64,000 bases of DNA, taken from the NCBI GenBank assembly GCA_003482855.1, contig DMXO01000006.1, forward strand, positions 15,052 to 79,051. Direction: 5' to 3'. A program made the translations under genes and the position numbers. The notes under the pieces are model-generated. The model saw nothing but the letters and a program-made list of their open reading frames with translations, ran no database searches and was not told where the DNA came from. The stretch comes from Candidatus Magasanikiibacteriota bacterium. GTDB lineage: Bacteria > Patescibacteriota > Patescibacteriia > Magasanikbacterales > UBA922. This document shows positions 1 through 10,345 of the stretch, piece by piece (position 1 is the stretch's first letter; the number at the start of each line of letters is the position of its first letter).

Positions 1-298
1 AAAATAACAAAACCGTACTTTCTGGAATAGAATTGCGTTTTATGCGATCAAAAATGTCCTCTTGCAATTCCTTCTTTCCGGTCGATGACAACAAATTCTC
101 AAGGACAACCATCCTACGCTCTGCCAAAAAAGGGCTTGCTGAAATTTGCTGTAATACCACACCTGCTTCTTCCTTTTCTGCATCAACCACAACAACATTT
201 AGACCTTGTGGATCACGATCTATCTTAAATTTTTCAATCATCTTTTTGAGTTGTTGCCGGCTGCGAAATGTGTCAGGACCGTAGAGATATATAAGCAT
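1..298 (-). CDS. holA: DNA polymerase III subunit delta, 5' part (runs off the window; absent from the ORF track)
   Basis: Manual translation from ATG at 298: MLIYLYGPDTFRSRQQLKKMIEKFK...LQQISASPFLAERRMVVLEN, typical of the HolA N-terminus. Confidence 0.85.
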   Translation of the reverse strand, partial: MLIYLYGPDTFRSRQQLKKMIEKFKIDRDPQGLNVVVVDAEKEEAGVVLQQISASPFLAERRMVVLENLLSSTGKKELQEDIFDRIKRNSIPESTVLLF

Positions 299-395
299 AA
301 AAAGTTATTAACGTCTGTAGTGTACAATAAATTCTATACCATCGCAATGTATCCCTATACGCACAATAATTGATATATGCTATAATTACAAACAT

Positions 396-797
396 ATGGA
401 TACACACACAGAAAAAAAAGATGAACACCCAGTCACTATATACCACAGCCAACTTACCATTGGTCAACGGGCTGCTGACAAAATGACAACATTTTTAGGA
501 AGTTGGACTTTTATTATTTTATTTGGTGTGTTCCTCGTTGCGTGGATGGCAATAAATGTTGTCGCATATAAATTTCGTTGGGATCCATATCCATTTATAC
601 TACTCAACCTTTGTCTTTCGTGCCTAGCTGCGACTCAAGCTCCTGTCATCATGATGAGTCAAAACAGACAGACAGAACGCGATAGACTTACCACAAAATA
701 TGATTATGCGGTCAATAGAAAGGCGGAACGAGAAATACAAAAATTGCAAAAAGATCTCAAAGAAATTAAAAAAATGATCACAGACCTAAAAAAATAA
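396..797 (+). CDS. DUF1003 family membrane protein
   Basis: GQRAADKMTTFLGSWTFI...WDPYPFILLNLCLSCLAATQAPVIMMSQNRQ signature. Confidence 0.9.
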   Translation: MDTHTEKKDEHPVTIYHSQLTIGQRAADKMTTFLGSWTFIILFGVFLVAWMAINVVAYKFRWDPYPFILLNLCLSCLAATQAPVIMMSQNRQTERDRLTTKYDYAVNRKAEREIQKLQKDLKEIKKMITDLKK

Positions 798-846
798 ATC
801 GACCACATATACGGCCGATTTTTTATCACAAATTTCACAATAAAGG

Positions 847-3558
847 CTATTTGATTTTGCCCCAACTCGTCCCTATACCTACATGCACTTCAACTGGCAC
901 ACGCAGCTGAGCCACATGCTCCATTTCTTCTTTTACGATCTTTGCGATATCTTCTGCCCATTTCTTTTTTACCTCGAATACCAATTCATCGTGTACTTGC
1001 AAAATTATTCTCACATTTTTTCGAAATTCTGCATTCTGCATTCTGCATTCTGCATTTATTTTTATCATCGCCATTTTCATAAGATCAGCTGCAGTACCTT
1101 GCACTGGCATATTGATTGCCATACGTTCTCCTGCCAATTTCAATTGATAATTGGGAGACATAAGCTCGGGAATATATCGACGTCTGCCAAATAGCGTTTC
1201 AACATACCCTTCTTTATGTGCAAATTCTAAGGTCGCATCAAGATATTTTTTTACATCTTTAAAACTCTCAAAGTATTTCTTTATGAAATCTTTTGCTTCC
1301 CACTGAGTAATGCCTGTACGAGATGATAAACCAAAAGCTCCCATGCCATACAGTACGCCAAAATTAACTCCTTTTGCAGCGCTACGCATTTCTTTTGTCA
1401 CCTGTTCCAAAGACACACCATTGATAACGGCTGCGGTAGCAGCATGGACATCTTCTCCTCTTTCAAAAATATTAATAAGTTGCTTATCATTGGCCAATGA
1501 AGCCACAATGCGCAGTTCGATTTGAGAATAATCAGCCACAATAAGCATATTCCCTGGTTCAGCAACAAAAGCTTCACGCACTCGACGCCCAAGATCAGTA
1601 CGAATAGGAATATTTTGTAAATTCGGATCAGAACTTGAGAGCCTTCCTGTTGTTGTAACTGCTTGGTTGAAGCTCGTGTGAATACGACCAGTTTTTTTAT
1701 TTACCAATTCGGGCAACACATCTATATATGTGTTACGTAATTTCTCTAATTCACGATAATCTTCTATATATTCAATAACAGGGTGGTATTCACGTAATTT
1801 TTCAAGTTCACTTGACGCTGTCGAGTATCCTGTCTTGCCTTTTTTGATACCTTCTTTTGGAAGACCCATTTTCTCAAACAAAATATCACGCAATTGGACA
1901 GACGACGCAACATTAAATTCTTCCCCGGTTTCTTTCCAAATCTTTTTTTCCAACTTCTTAATTTCAGCATTCACCTCCACAGATAATTCACCCAGTACAT
2001 GTGTATCTATAGCTACTCCATTCAATTCCATCTCTGCAAGTACAGGAATGAGTCCCATTTCTACATCTTGAAACAGACCAAGATCCTCAATACGCTCAAG
2101 CTTCTGCTTGTATATATCGTATATATCCAATACCATCTGCAATTCATCTGCGACAACCTGTGGGTTTACCCCAAACAAACTCCCTTGATCAGAACCTGCC
2201 GGCAGCTCTCTCCCAAGCTCACGCAAAGCAATAGACCCCAGATCATGAGCGCGTGTACTGGAATTTAGTAAGTATGAAGCAACCATGATATCAAACAAGT
2301 GACACTGGGGTGCTTCAGCATTGACATGTTGAAGCACTTTTACTAATTGCTTGATATCATGTCCAACAATTATTTTATTATTGTCTTCAAATATTTTTTG
2401 AATATCCTTTAAATATTCTTTCGATATATAGTATGAATGTTCCCCGGTTACAAAAACTAATCCTATCAGTTCACCATTTAGAACATCTTTCCCATTTAGC
2501 ATTTCTTTACATGCAAAGATATCTGATCTTTCCAAATCTTTTAAAACTTCTTTTATATTTTTATCAGAACACACTATTATTTTGGAAAATTTTTCTTTTC
2601 GAGTAGCCTGCTTGTGTGTTGACTTATCAATCTGCTCGCTACTCGTCCCCGGCAATCGTTTAACCAGAGAATAAAATTCAAATTTTTGAAACAAACCAGT
2701 CAACTTTTCTCGATCGAACTCACCAATCGCACAATTTTCTAGCTTAAAATCTAAATCTGGCACGTCTCTCTTTATCGTCGCCAGTTCCTTGCTCATCTTT
2801 GCATCGCTCTCGCCTTCTTCTAATTTTTTAAGAATGCCTGCCTTGATTTTTTGATCTTTTGATCCCTGCCTGCCGGCAGACAAGGTTTTGATCTCTTCAT
2901 AAATTGCCTCAACCCCTCCGATCTCTGTAATCAACTCCAGTGCTGTCTTCTCTCCAATACCCTTAACTCCGGGGATATTGTCCGACGTATCTCCACGCAA
3001 TGCCTTGTAATCCACAATATATTTTGGTCCAAACCCAAATCGCTCTTCAACCGCTTTCTCATTATATAAATGAAAATCAGACATGCCTTTGCGGAGCAGA
3101 TAGACCTCAGTTTTGTCATCATCAACTAGCTGGAGCAAGTCCATGTCGCCACTCACCACAACACTCGTAATCTTATAATCTTTTAATCTTTTAATCTTTT
3201 CCGTCACTGTCCCAATTACATCATCTGCCTCAAATCCTTTTTTCTCAAAAATAGGTATTCCAAACGCTTCCACAACTTGATGACATAGAGGAATCTGATC
3301 ATAAAGTTCTTGGTCTGCCTTTACCCGAGTCGCCTTATATGCGGTATACAATGTATCCCGAAAAGTGCCTCCGGCTACATCAAAACTTACTGCCATATAA
3401 TCTGGTTTCAAATCAGTGAGAACCTTAAGAAGCATGGATGTAAACCCATATACTGCATTCACCATGGTGCCATCTTTTGCTGTGAGAGGTGGAAGGGCAT
3501 GGTAAGCGCGATGGACTATAGCATTGCCATCTATAATAACAAAGGTTTTTTTATTCAT
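847..3558 (-). CDS. polA: DNA polymerase I (5'-3' exonuclease plus polymerase; 3'-5' exonuclease motifs look degenerate)
   Basis: IDGNAIVHRAYHA, EADDVIGT, TGRLSSSDPNLQNIP, DYSQIELR, QVHDELVFE motifs. Confidence 0.98.
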   Translation of the reverse strand: MNKKTFVIIDGNAIVHRAYHALPPLTAKDGTMVNAVYGFTSMLLKVLTDLKPDYMAVSFDVAGGTFRDTLYTAYKATRVKADQELYDQIPLCHQVVEAFGIPIFEKKGFEADDVIGTVTEKIKRLKDYKITSVVVSGDMDLLQLVDDDKTEVYLLRKGMSDFHLYNEKAVEERFGFGPKYIVDYKALRGDTSDNIPGVKGIGEKTALELITEIGGVEAIYEEIKTLSAGRQGSKDQKIKAGILKKLEEGESDAKMSKELATIKRDVPDLDFKLENCAIGEFDREKLTGLFQKFEFYSLVKRLPGTSSEQIDKSTHKQATRKEKFSKIIVCSDKNIKEVLKDLERSDIFACKEMLNGKDVLNGELIGLVFVTGEHSYYISKEYLKDIQKIFEDNNKIIVGHDIKQLVKVLQHVNAEAPQCHLFDIMVASYLLNSSTRAHDLGSIALRELGRELPAGSDQGSLFGVNPQVVADELQMVLDIYDIYKQKLERIEDLGLFQDVEMGLIPVLAEMELNGVAIDTHVLGELSVEVNAEIKKLEKKIWKETGEEFNVASSVQLRDILFEKMGLPKEGIKKGKTGYSTASSELEKLREYHPVIEYIEDYRELEKLRNTYIDVLPELVNKKTGRIHTSFNQAVTTTGRLSSSDPNLQNIPIRTDLGRRVREAFVAEPGNMLIVADYSQIELRIVASLANDKQLINIFERGEDVHAATAAVINGVSLEQVTKEMRSAAKGVNFGVLYGMGAFGLSSRTGITQWEAKDFIKKYFESFKDVKKYLDATLEFAHKEGYVETLFGRRRYIPELMSPNYQLKLAGERMAINMPVQGTAADLMKMAMIKINAECRMQNAEFRKNVRIILQVHDELVFEVKKKWAEDIAKIVKEEMEHVAQLRVPVEVHVGIGTSWGKIK
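1026..1056. repeat. (ATTCTGC)x4 heptamer tandem repeat, in frame within polA (encodes NAECRMQNAEF)
   Basis: attctgcattctgcattctgcattctgcatt read directly. Confidence 0.9.
2843..2897. repeat. TTGATCTT-like octamer repeats interrupted by the palindrome CCTGCCTGCCGGCAGACAAGG, in frame in polA
   Basis: ttgatttt ttgatctt ttgatc-cctgcctgccggcagacaagg-ttttgatctctt; encodes KTLSAGRQGSKDQKIK. Confidence 0.8.
3168..3199. repeat. (TAATCTTW)x4 octamer tandem repeat, in frame in polA (KIKRLKDYKIT)
   Basis: taatctta taatcttt taatcttt taatcttt. Confidence 0.8.
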
Positions 3559-3630
3559 AGTGCTAGTATTGTACCATAAATATAATACTTAATATACTTG
3601 TCACAAGTAACTAAATAGGTGATTTTGACT

Positions 3631-3646
3631 ATACTATTTGTAGTAT
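3631..3646. promoter_or_regulatory. NrdR-box-like palindrome between divergent polA and hppA
   Basis: ATACTATTTGTAGTAT versus NrdR consensus acaCwAtATaTwGtgt; single copy. Confidence 0.35.
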
Positions 3647-3736
3647 ATCCTCATGAAAAAACATTGACTTTTCTCACAAAATTCCTTATAATCACCACGC
3701 TTATATTATATTTAATAATTTTAATCCATCATCACT

Positions 3737-5725
3737 ATGATGCTCACAATCCTCCTCATTGGCCCAGCGATTTTGGCAATTGCCTATGGCATTTACCTTA
3801 TCAGTTGGATCAACAAGCAACCACAAGGAAACGAACGCATGCAGGCTATCGCGCGCGCTATACAAGAAGGCGCAAAAGCCTATTTGACACGCCAATATAG
3901 ATATATTAGTTATGTTGCCATTGTTGTGTTTTTCCTTCTTGGCTTTGTATTGAGCTGGAATACGGCCTTCGGTTTTCTTGTCGGAGCGATATTTTCTGGT
4001 ATAGCAGGTTTCATAGGTATGACTATTTCGGTTAAAGCCAATGTAAGGACAACCCAAGCCGCGACAAAAGGACTCAAAGCTGCTTTGAATGTTGCGGTAA
4101 AGGGAGGAACAATTACTGGATTACTTGTTGTAGGTCTAGGTCTTCTTGGGGTTTCAGGATTTTATCTCCTCACAAAGGATACCGATGCACTTATTGGCCT
4201 TGCATTTGGAGGAAGTCTTATCTCAATATTCGCCCGTATTGGAGGCGGTATATTTACCAAAGCAGCTGATGTTGGTGCTGATTTAGTTGGTAAAGTAGAA
4301 AAAGGTATTCCAGAAGACGATCCACGTAATCCTGCTGTCATCGCAGATAACGTGGGCGATAATGTAGGTGACTGTGCAGGTATGGCAGCAGACTTATTTG
4401 AAACATATGCTGTCACTGCTGTTGCTGCCATGGTACTCGGAAGTCTTACTTTCAAAGATACAGACGCAGGAATCATATATCCTCTTATGCTCGGAGGAGT
4501 TTCAATTATTGCTTCAATCGCTGGAACCTTCTTCATTAAACTTGGGGCAAAAAAGAAAATCATGGGCGCTTTATACAAAGGTCTTATTGTGTCAGCCCTT
4601 CTTTCACTTGTGGGTTTCTATTTTGTAAGTGCCCACTATTCCGAAGCACTCAAACTTGCTACAAGTGATTTGTTCTGGAGTGCGGTAATTGGTGTTGTAC
4701 TCACCGCAGCCATGGTGTGGATTACCGAATACTATACATCAACCAAATATAAACCGGTGAAACAAATCGCGAAATCAAGTGAGACAGGACATGGTACCAA
4801 TGTTATTACCGGTCTTGCGGTTTCTATGAAAGCGACTGCACTTCCTGTTATTGCCATTGTCATAGGTATTATGCTTGCATTCCACTTTGCCGGTCTTTAT
4901 GGCATTGCTATTGCAGCCATGGCGATGCTTTCTCTCACAGGAATTATCGTTACCATAGATGCGTACGGTCCTATCACCGATAATGCTGGTGGAATTGCTG
5001 AAATGGCAGAATTGGGTGAAGATGTTCGTAACACCACAGATCCACTTGATGCCGTAGGTAACACAACAAAAGCTGTCACCAAAGGATATGCTATTGCGTC
5101 AGCTGGTCTCGCAGCGCTCGTGCTTTTCGCAGACTTCACACACAAATTAGCAGACAGTGGTATTGATACAATATTTAGAATTGATGACCCCAAAGTACTC
5201 GCCGGACTATTTATTGGGGGTCTGCTTCCCTATTTGTTTGGTTCTATGCTCATGCAGTCAGTAGGAAAAGTTGCAGGTAAAGTAGTAGAAGAAGTTCGTA
5301 GACAATTCAAAGAAATAAAAGGAATCATGGAAGGTAATGCAAAACCAGACTATGCACGTTGCGTCGATATTGTCACCAAAGGAGCTATAGGCCAGATGAT
5401 TCTTCCTGCGCTTATCCCTGTTGTTGTACCAATTTTCGTAGGGGTAGTTCTTGGGCCAGCAGCACTTGGTGGGTTGCTTGTAGGAACCATTATTACAGGC
5501 CTCTTCGTTGCAATATCTATGACAACAGGTGGTGGAGCATGGGATAATGCAAAGAAATATATTGAAAATGGTAATTATGGTGGCAAAGGTTCATTTGCTC
5601 ATCAAGCTGCCGTGACCGGTGATACTGTGGGAGATCCATACAAAGATACCGCAGGGCCTGCTATTAACCCAATGATCAAAGTTGCAAACATTGTTGCATT
5701 GCTTATCATTGGTTTGCTGAAGTAA
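3737..5725 (+). CDS. hppA: Membrane-bound H+-translocating pyrophosphatase, probably K+-independent
   Basis: [44 protein letters not shown] (Lys at the K+-dependence site), [14 protein letters not shown]. Confidence 0.96.
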   Translation: MMLTILLIGPAILAIAYGIYLISWINKQPQGNERMQAIARAIQEGAKAYLTRQYRYISYVAIVVFFLLGFVLSWNTAFGFLVGAIFSGIAGFIGMTISVKANVRTTQAATKGLKAALNVAVKGGTITGLLVVGLGLLGVSGFYLLTKDTDALIGLAFGGSLISIFARIGGGIFTKAADVGADLVGKVEKGIPEDDPRNPAVIADNVGDNVGDCAGMAADLFETYAVTAVAAMVLGSLTFKDTDAGIIYPLMLGGVSIIASIAGTFFIKLGAKKKIMGALYKGLIVSALLSLVGFYFVSAHYSEALKLATSDLFWSAVIGVVLTAAMVWITEYYTSTKYKPVKQIAKSSETGHGTNVITGLAVSMKATALPVIAIVIGIMLAFHFAGLYGIAIAAMAMLSLTGIIVTIDAYGPITDNAGGIAEMAELGEDVRNTTDPLDAVGNTTKAVTKGYAIASAGLAALVLFADFTHKLADSGIDTIFRIDDPKVLAGLFIGGLLPYLFGSMLMQSVGKVAGKVVEEVRRQFKEIKGIMEGNAKPDYARCVDIVTKGAIGQMILPALIPVVVPIFVGVVLGPAALGGLLVGTIITGLFVAISMTTGGGAWDNAKKYIENGNYGGKGSFAHQAAVTGDTVGDPYKDTAGPAINPMIKVANIVALLIIGLLK

Positions 5726-5749
5726 TTTTAAATTCAAAGTAGATAATAT

Positions 5750-5782
5750 AAAACACTCCCCCAAAACATGGGGGTGTTTTAT
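5750..5782 (+). terminator. Intrinsic terminator after hppA
   Basis: aaacactccccc-aaaacat-gggggtgttttattt. Confidence 0.7.
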
Positions 5783-5892
5783 TTGCATACCACCATTGAC
5801 TTTTTTTAAAAAATAAACTATATTTAGGCAACAAAAAATGTGCTAAATTTGAAAACTTAATCTACTTATCCTATCTAATTTACTTACATAGT

Positions 5893-7212
5893 ATGCACCA
5901 TATACGTAAAAATCTAGACAAATCTCAAGTTGAACTCACTGTCACGGTCACACCAGATGAATATAAAAAACACATGGAACACGCAGCCGCAAGGATCTCT
6001 GATCGTGTTGCTATCAAAGGATTCCGCAAAGGAAAAGCCCCTTATGATCTAGTAAAAAAAGAGGTGGGTGAAATGCAAATACTTCAAGAAGCTTTAGAAA
6101 AAATTATTCAAGAAAGTTTTTATAACGCAATCAAAAAAGAAGATCTGGAAACTATAGGCATGCCTGAGATCAGCGTAGAAAAAACCGCACCAGACAATGA
6201 TGTGGTATACAAAGCAAAAGTTGCCCTACTTCCTAAAGTCAAATTGGCTGATCTATCCACAATAAAAATAAAAAAGACAACAAAACCAATTACGGAAAAA
6301 GAAGTTAACAATGTCATCGACAATCTCACCAAAATGCAAGCAAAAGAGGTGCTAAAAAAAGATAAATCGACCAAAAATGACAAAGTAACCATTGACATGG
6401 ATCTACATTTGGATGGTGTACCGATAGAAGGTGGCCAAGCAAAAGATTATCATGTCTATTTGTCAGAAAATCAACACATACCTGGATTCAACGATGCTCT
6501 TGTGGGGGTCGAGGAAGGTGAAGAAAAAGAATTTTCTCTTCCTTTCCCAGAAAATTACCACAATAAAATGCTTGCAGGAAATACAGGCACTTTCAAAATA
6601 AAAGTGAAAGGAGTGTACGAACGACAATTCCCAGAAGTCACTGACGAATTTGCAAAAACTCTTGGGCAAGAAAATGTAGCAAAACTTCGTGAACTTTTAC
6701 AACATAATTTGGAACATGAGGAAGAACACAAAGCAAACGAACGTGCCGAAATCGAAATTTTTGATGCGCTCATTGAAAAATCAACATTTGATGAGATCCC
6801 TGAGGTCCTCATTAATGCTGAGCGGAAAAAAATGTTTTATGAACTCAAACATGATCTCGAGCGAAATGGTGTCAGTATTGACCAATACTTAAGTGATATA
6901 AAAAAGAAAGAGGACGAACTTTTTGAGGATTTCAAAACGCAAGCAGAAAAAAGAGCAAAAGCAGCTCTCTTATCACGACAAGTCGCTCATGATAACAATA
7001 TCCAAGTAACTGATGCGGAATTCAAACAAGAAATGGATGTTATGGAAACCACATACAAAGACGTGCCTGAATACAAAGAAAACATCAAAAAACCAGAAGT
7101 ACAAGACTCTATTCGCAACATGCTCCTCAATAAGAAAGTTGTTGCATTTTTGAAAGAAAAGGTAATGGAAGGTGAATCTCATACACATGAACACGAGCAT
7201 AACGAAAAATAA
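5893..7212 (+). CDS. tig: Trigger factor
   Basis: GFRKGKAP ribosome-binding motif, FKBP-type domain (IPGFNDALVG...FPENYH). Confidence 0.97.
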   Translation: MHHIRKNLDKSQVELTVTVTPDEYKKHMEHAAARISDRVAIKGFRKGKAPYDLVKKEVGEMQILQEALEKIIQESFYNAIKKEDLETIGMPEISVEKTAPDNDVVYKAKVALLPKVKLADLSTIKIKKTTKPITEKEVNNVIDNLTKMQAKEVLKKDKSTKNDKVTIDMDLHLDGVPIEGGQAKDYHVYLSENQHIPGFNDALVGVEEGEEKEFSLPFPENYHNKMLAGNTGTFKIKVKGVYERQFPEVTDEFAKTLGQENVAKLRELLQHNLEHEEEHKANERAEIEIFDALIEKSTFDEIPEVLINAERKKMFYELKHDLERNGVSIDQYLSDIKKKEDELFEDFKTQAEKRAKAALLSRQVAHDNNIQVTDAEFKQEMDVMETTYKDVPEYKENIKKPEVQDSIRNMLLNKKVVAFLKEKVMEGESHTHEHEHNEK

Positions 7213-7311
7213 TTTTGTCTTCTATTAGTCATCTCTAAATATCCTCCGTTCTGTGGGGGATATTTTTAATTAACTTTTATGTTCCTAATAAATTTGTTAC
7301 AATTTGGACAT

Positions 7312-7539
7312 ATGAAAACACTCAGCATACGGGTCCTCCCACGTTCATCGCGAAATGAAATTGTAGGAGAAATGGCAGATGGGACGCTCAAAGTAAAACT
7401 TACCGCGCCTCCAGTGGATGGTAAAGCAAATAGGGCATTAATTGAATTGCTGTCAGAGTATTTTGATGTCCCAAAAAGTAAAATAAAAATCGTGAGAGGA
7501 CTCACGAGCAAAAATAAGATAATAGAAATTAAAAATTAA
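7312..7539 (+). CDS. DUF167 / YggU family protein
   Basis: IRVLPRSSRNEI...LKVKLTAPPVDGKANRALIELLSEYF...GLTSKNK; start moved to ATG 7312. Confidence 0.9.
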   Translation: MKTLSIRVLPRSSRNEIVGEMADGTLKVKLTAPPVDGKANRALIELLSEYFDVPKSKIKIVRGLTSKNKIIEIKN

Positions 7540-7575
7540 ATCATTTAAAATTGTTTTCAAATTTCAAATTAAAAA

Positions 7576-7842
7576 TTACTTAGGCAAATCTATTCCACCC
7601 TTACCCCACGGATTACACCGCATAATCCGCCACAGAGCTTTTGGTACTCCCACAATGAGTCCTCTTTTTTTTATTACTTCATACCCATATTGACTACAGG
7701 TAGGATGAAATCGACAATACCCATGAGGAAATTGTGATTTAAACCATCCATGATCAGGAGATAAGGTTTTTTGATATATTTTTATCAAAAAAAGAACCGG
7801 CATACGCGGTATAAAAAATATCTTTTTAAAAATTCGCTTCAT
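7576..7842 (-). CDS. yidD: Membrane protein insertion efficiency factor
   Basis: YQKTLSP...CRFHPTCSQY...RIMRCNPWGKGGID; likely start at 7842 (MKRIFKK). Confidence 0.92.
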   Translation of the reverse strand: MKRIFKKIFFIPRMPVLFLIKIYQKTLSPDHGWFKSQFPHGYCRFHPTCSQYGYEVIKKRGLIVGVPKALWRIMRCNPWGKGGIDLPK

Positions 7843-7868
7843 ACAGCCATTTTTCGCAATTAATAATA

Positions 7869-8011
7869 TGTCATCCTGAATCCCGATCGGGTCGGGATGA
7901 AGGATCTTTCCTGCCACAAAATTTTTTAGATCAATATATTTTGTTTTTACTAAACCTTCATTAAGAAAGATTCCTCGTCGCCCCGCTATAGCGGGACTCC
8001 TCGGAATGACA
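7869..8011. repeat. REP/REPIN-like inverted pair of palindromic units between rnpA and yidD
   Basis: Left unit TGTCATCCTGAA-TCCCGA..TCGGGA-TGAAGGATCTTTC; right unit reverse-complemented TGTCATTCCGAGGAG-TCCCGCTATAGCGGGG-CGACGAGGAATCTTTC. Confidence 0.75.
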
Positions 8012-8029
8012 GTGGAATTAGCCAAAAAA

Positions 8030-8407
8030 TCAAATTATTAATTTTGCTTTTTTAAATAATGTTGTGATCTCTTGTTCTATAAAAGCATAATCTTTATCCA
8101 AAATACACGACTTTGCAATGACACCAACCAAAAAACCAGATGAGGCCTTATTTTCTTTCAACAAAAGACGTATAACTTCTCTCATTTGTCGCTTTGCTCT
8201 ATTTCTCTTCACTGCACTCTTGTGTACTTTGGTTCCCACTGCAAACCCAATAAGGAGGTCATCCAAAGAATATTTACGACGGGGGTATTTTTCTGGATCA
8301 ATTTTCCAAACTTTCAAAGTGACACATTCACCACCAAAAAAACGCCCTTCATCAAAAAGAATCTGCCAGTCCTTCATATGTTTGAGACGATGTTGTTTTG
8401 GTAACAT
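8030..8407 (-). CDS. rnpA: Ribonuclease P protein component
   Basis: MLPKQHRL, GFAVGTKVHKSAVKRNRAKRQMRE (RNR motif); synteny with rpmH and yidD. Confidence 0.93.
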   Translation of the reverse strand: MLPKQHRLKHMKDWQILFDEGRFFGGECVTLKVWKIDPEKYPRRKYSLDDLLIGFAVGTKVHKSAVKRNRAKRQMREVIRLLLKENKASSGFLVGVIAKSCILDKDYAFIEQEITTLFKKAKLII

Positions 8408-8470
8408 ATATAAGAGTATTATAACACAAAACCTCGAATCAAACGAGGTTTTTTGCTAAATTGAGCCGAT

Positions 8471-8647
8471 TTATCGTGTTTTTCGTGTTCTTTTTCCTTT
8501 TTTCTCGTCACTTACGGTAAGTTTCTTTCTGCCCTTATCCCGGCGTCTTTTGAGTACATCACGGCCATCTTTAGTCTTCATACGTTCACGAAAACCATGA
8601 GCCTTGGCACGTTTACGTTTACTTGGTTGATATGTTCTCTTTGGCAT
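8471..8647 (-). CDS. rpmH: 50S ribosomal protein L34
   Basis: [44 protein letters not shown]. Confidence 0.97.
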   Translation of the reverse strand: MPKRTYQPSKRKRAKAHGFRERMKTKDGRDVLKRRRDKGRKKLTVSDEKKGKRTRKTR

Positions 8648-8656
8648 ACGTTTATT

Positions 8657-8691
8657 CACTATAGCACTTAAGCACTATAGCACTTAAGCAC
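8657..8691. repeat. 16-bp tandem duplication (CACTATAGCACTTAAG)x2 upstream of rpmH
   Basis: cactatagcacttaag cactatagcacttaag cac. Confidence 0.8.
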
Positions 8692-8816
8692 CTTCTAATT
8701 ACAGCATTAAAAAGTGAGATAAGTATAATTGAATATGCAAAAAATGTCAAGGGACAATCTTATATAATGATAAAAAATACTATGGTATTTTAATGTTTTT
8801 AGGCTCAAGTGATATG

Positions 8817-8846
8817 TTATCCCCATCATCCACAGTTTTTCCCCAC
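8817..8846. promoter_or_regulatory. DnaA-box-like cluster upstream of dnaA
   Basis: TTATCCCCA, TCATCCACA, TTTTCCCCA, close variants of TTATCCACA. Confidence 0.6.
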
Positions 8847-8959
8847 CCTATGCACTTTTGGCTTATTTTAGACTATTTTCCATATTATCTTTATATGATA
8901 AAATGGAAAAACTATCTCGATATTTGTATAATCAACAACAATCAGCCAAATCAAATACT

Positions 8960-10345
8960 ATGACCAATTACGAAATATGGCAAGCTGTACTTGCAGAATT
9001 TGAACTCGAACTCTCCAAAGCAAATTTTACCACATGGTTCAAAAACACCGGTATAGCTCAATATGACAAAGGCCACGTTACCGTGTGCGTGCCAAATGCA
9101 TTTACCAAAAGTTGGTTAGAAAAAAAATATCACTCAAAAATTGTACAAATACTCGAACGTGTCACCGGCAAACCTATCCGCAAGATAGAATACATGGTAG
9201 ACAATATGAAAAACATTCAAGAACAAGAATGCGCCATGACACATGAACCACAAATTTCTTCTCCGTCTACTCCTCTCTATTCACCTCAACGAAAAAATAC
9301 TCTCATCCAACAATTTGGTCTAAATCCAAAATATACATTTGATACATTTGTCGTAGGTAAAGGAAATGAGCTTGCACATGCCGCGGCACAGGCAGTAGCA
9401 CAACGCCCGGGTGATGCCTACAACCCACTATTTATATATGGCGGTGTCGGTTTGGGCAAGACGCATCTTATACAGGCGATTGGTCACACCATGCTTGAGA
9501 CCAATCCTCAAACAAAAATTTTATACGTTTCTTCAGAAAAATTCACCAATGAATTTGTTTCTTCAATAAAAGAAGGAAGAGCTAAAGAATTCAAAGATCG
9601 ATATCGTAATGTTGATCTTCTTTTAATTGATGATATACAATTCATTGGCGGCAAAGAACAAACGCAGGAAGAATTTTTCCATACATTCAATGAATTGCAC
9701 CAGCAAGGTAAACAAGTAGTGATGACAAGTGATCGACCACCAAAAGCAATCCCCGCGCTTGAAGATCGTCTTCGCAGTAGATTTGAATGGGGTATGATAG
9801 CAGACATTTCAGCCCCTGACCTTGAGACACGCATGGCTATTATCCAAAAGAAGGCCCAAGAAAAAAGGTTTGACATAGATGGAAATCTTCTACACCTGAT
9901 AGCAACAAATGTACAAAGCAACATTCGCGAGCTTGAAGGCGCACTCAACAAAATTATTGCATATCATGAACTCAAAAACACAAAACCAAACGAAAGTTCT
10001 ATAAAACAATTACTGTCAAGCTTCGAGGAACAAAATATGCGCAGGTCTCTCACTCCTCGAGAACTCATCAGCCAAGTATCACAGTACTTTGACATCAACG
10101 TTGATGATGTGCTTGGTAAAAGTAGAGAAAAACGTCTTGCTTTCCCCAGACAAATTATCATGTTTCTCATGCGGGAAGAATTGAAACTCTCATATCCAAG
10201 TATTGGCGACGAACTTGGTGGACGAGACCACACGACGGCAATGCACGCACATACCAAAATCTCATCTGAAATAGACCAGGATCTAAAACTAAAACAGGAT
10301 ATGGAAATGATCAAACAACGTTTATATGCAAACAGCATCCAATAA
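8960..10345 (+). CDS. dnaA: Chromosomal replication initiator DnaA
   Basis: NPLFIYGGVGLGKTHL, LLIDDIQF, RELEGAL, GGRDHTT; start MTNYEIW at 8960. Confidence 0.98.
   Translation: MTNYEIWQAVLAEFELELSKANFTTWFKNTGIAQYDKGHVTVCVPNAFTKSWLEKKYHSKIVQILERVTGKPIRKIEYMVDNMKNIQEQECAMTHEPQISSPSTPLYSPQRKNTLIQQFGLNPKYTFDTFVVGKGNELAHAAAQAVAQRPGDAYNPLFIYGGVGLGKTHLIQAIGHTMLETNPQTKILYVSSEKFTNEFVSSIKEGRAKEFKDRYRNVDLLLIDDIQFIGGKEQTQEEFFHTFNELHQQGKQVVMTSDRPPKAIPALEDRLRSRFEWGMIADISAPDLETRMAIIQKKAQEKRFDIDGNLLHLIATNVQSNIRELEGALNKIIAYHELKNTKPNESSIKQLLSSFEEQNMRRSLTPRELISQVSQYFDINVDDVLGKSREKRLAFPRQIIMFLMREELKLSYPSIGDELGGRDHTTAMHAHTKISSEIDQDLKLKQDMEMIKQRLYANSIQ

Noticed and set aside
7843-8025. N-terminal extension of YidD in the ORF track
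   Set aside because: It is read-through of the palindromic repeat from a TTG start; the YidD-like sequence begins at 7842
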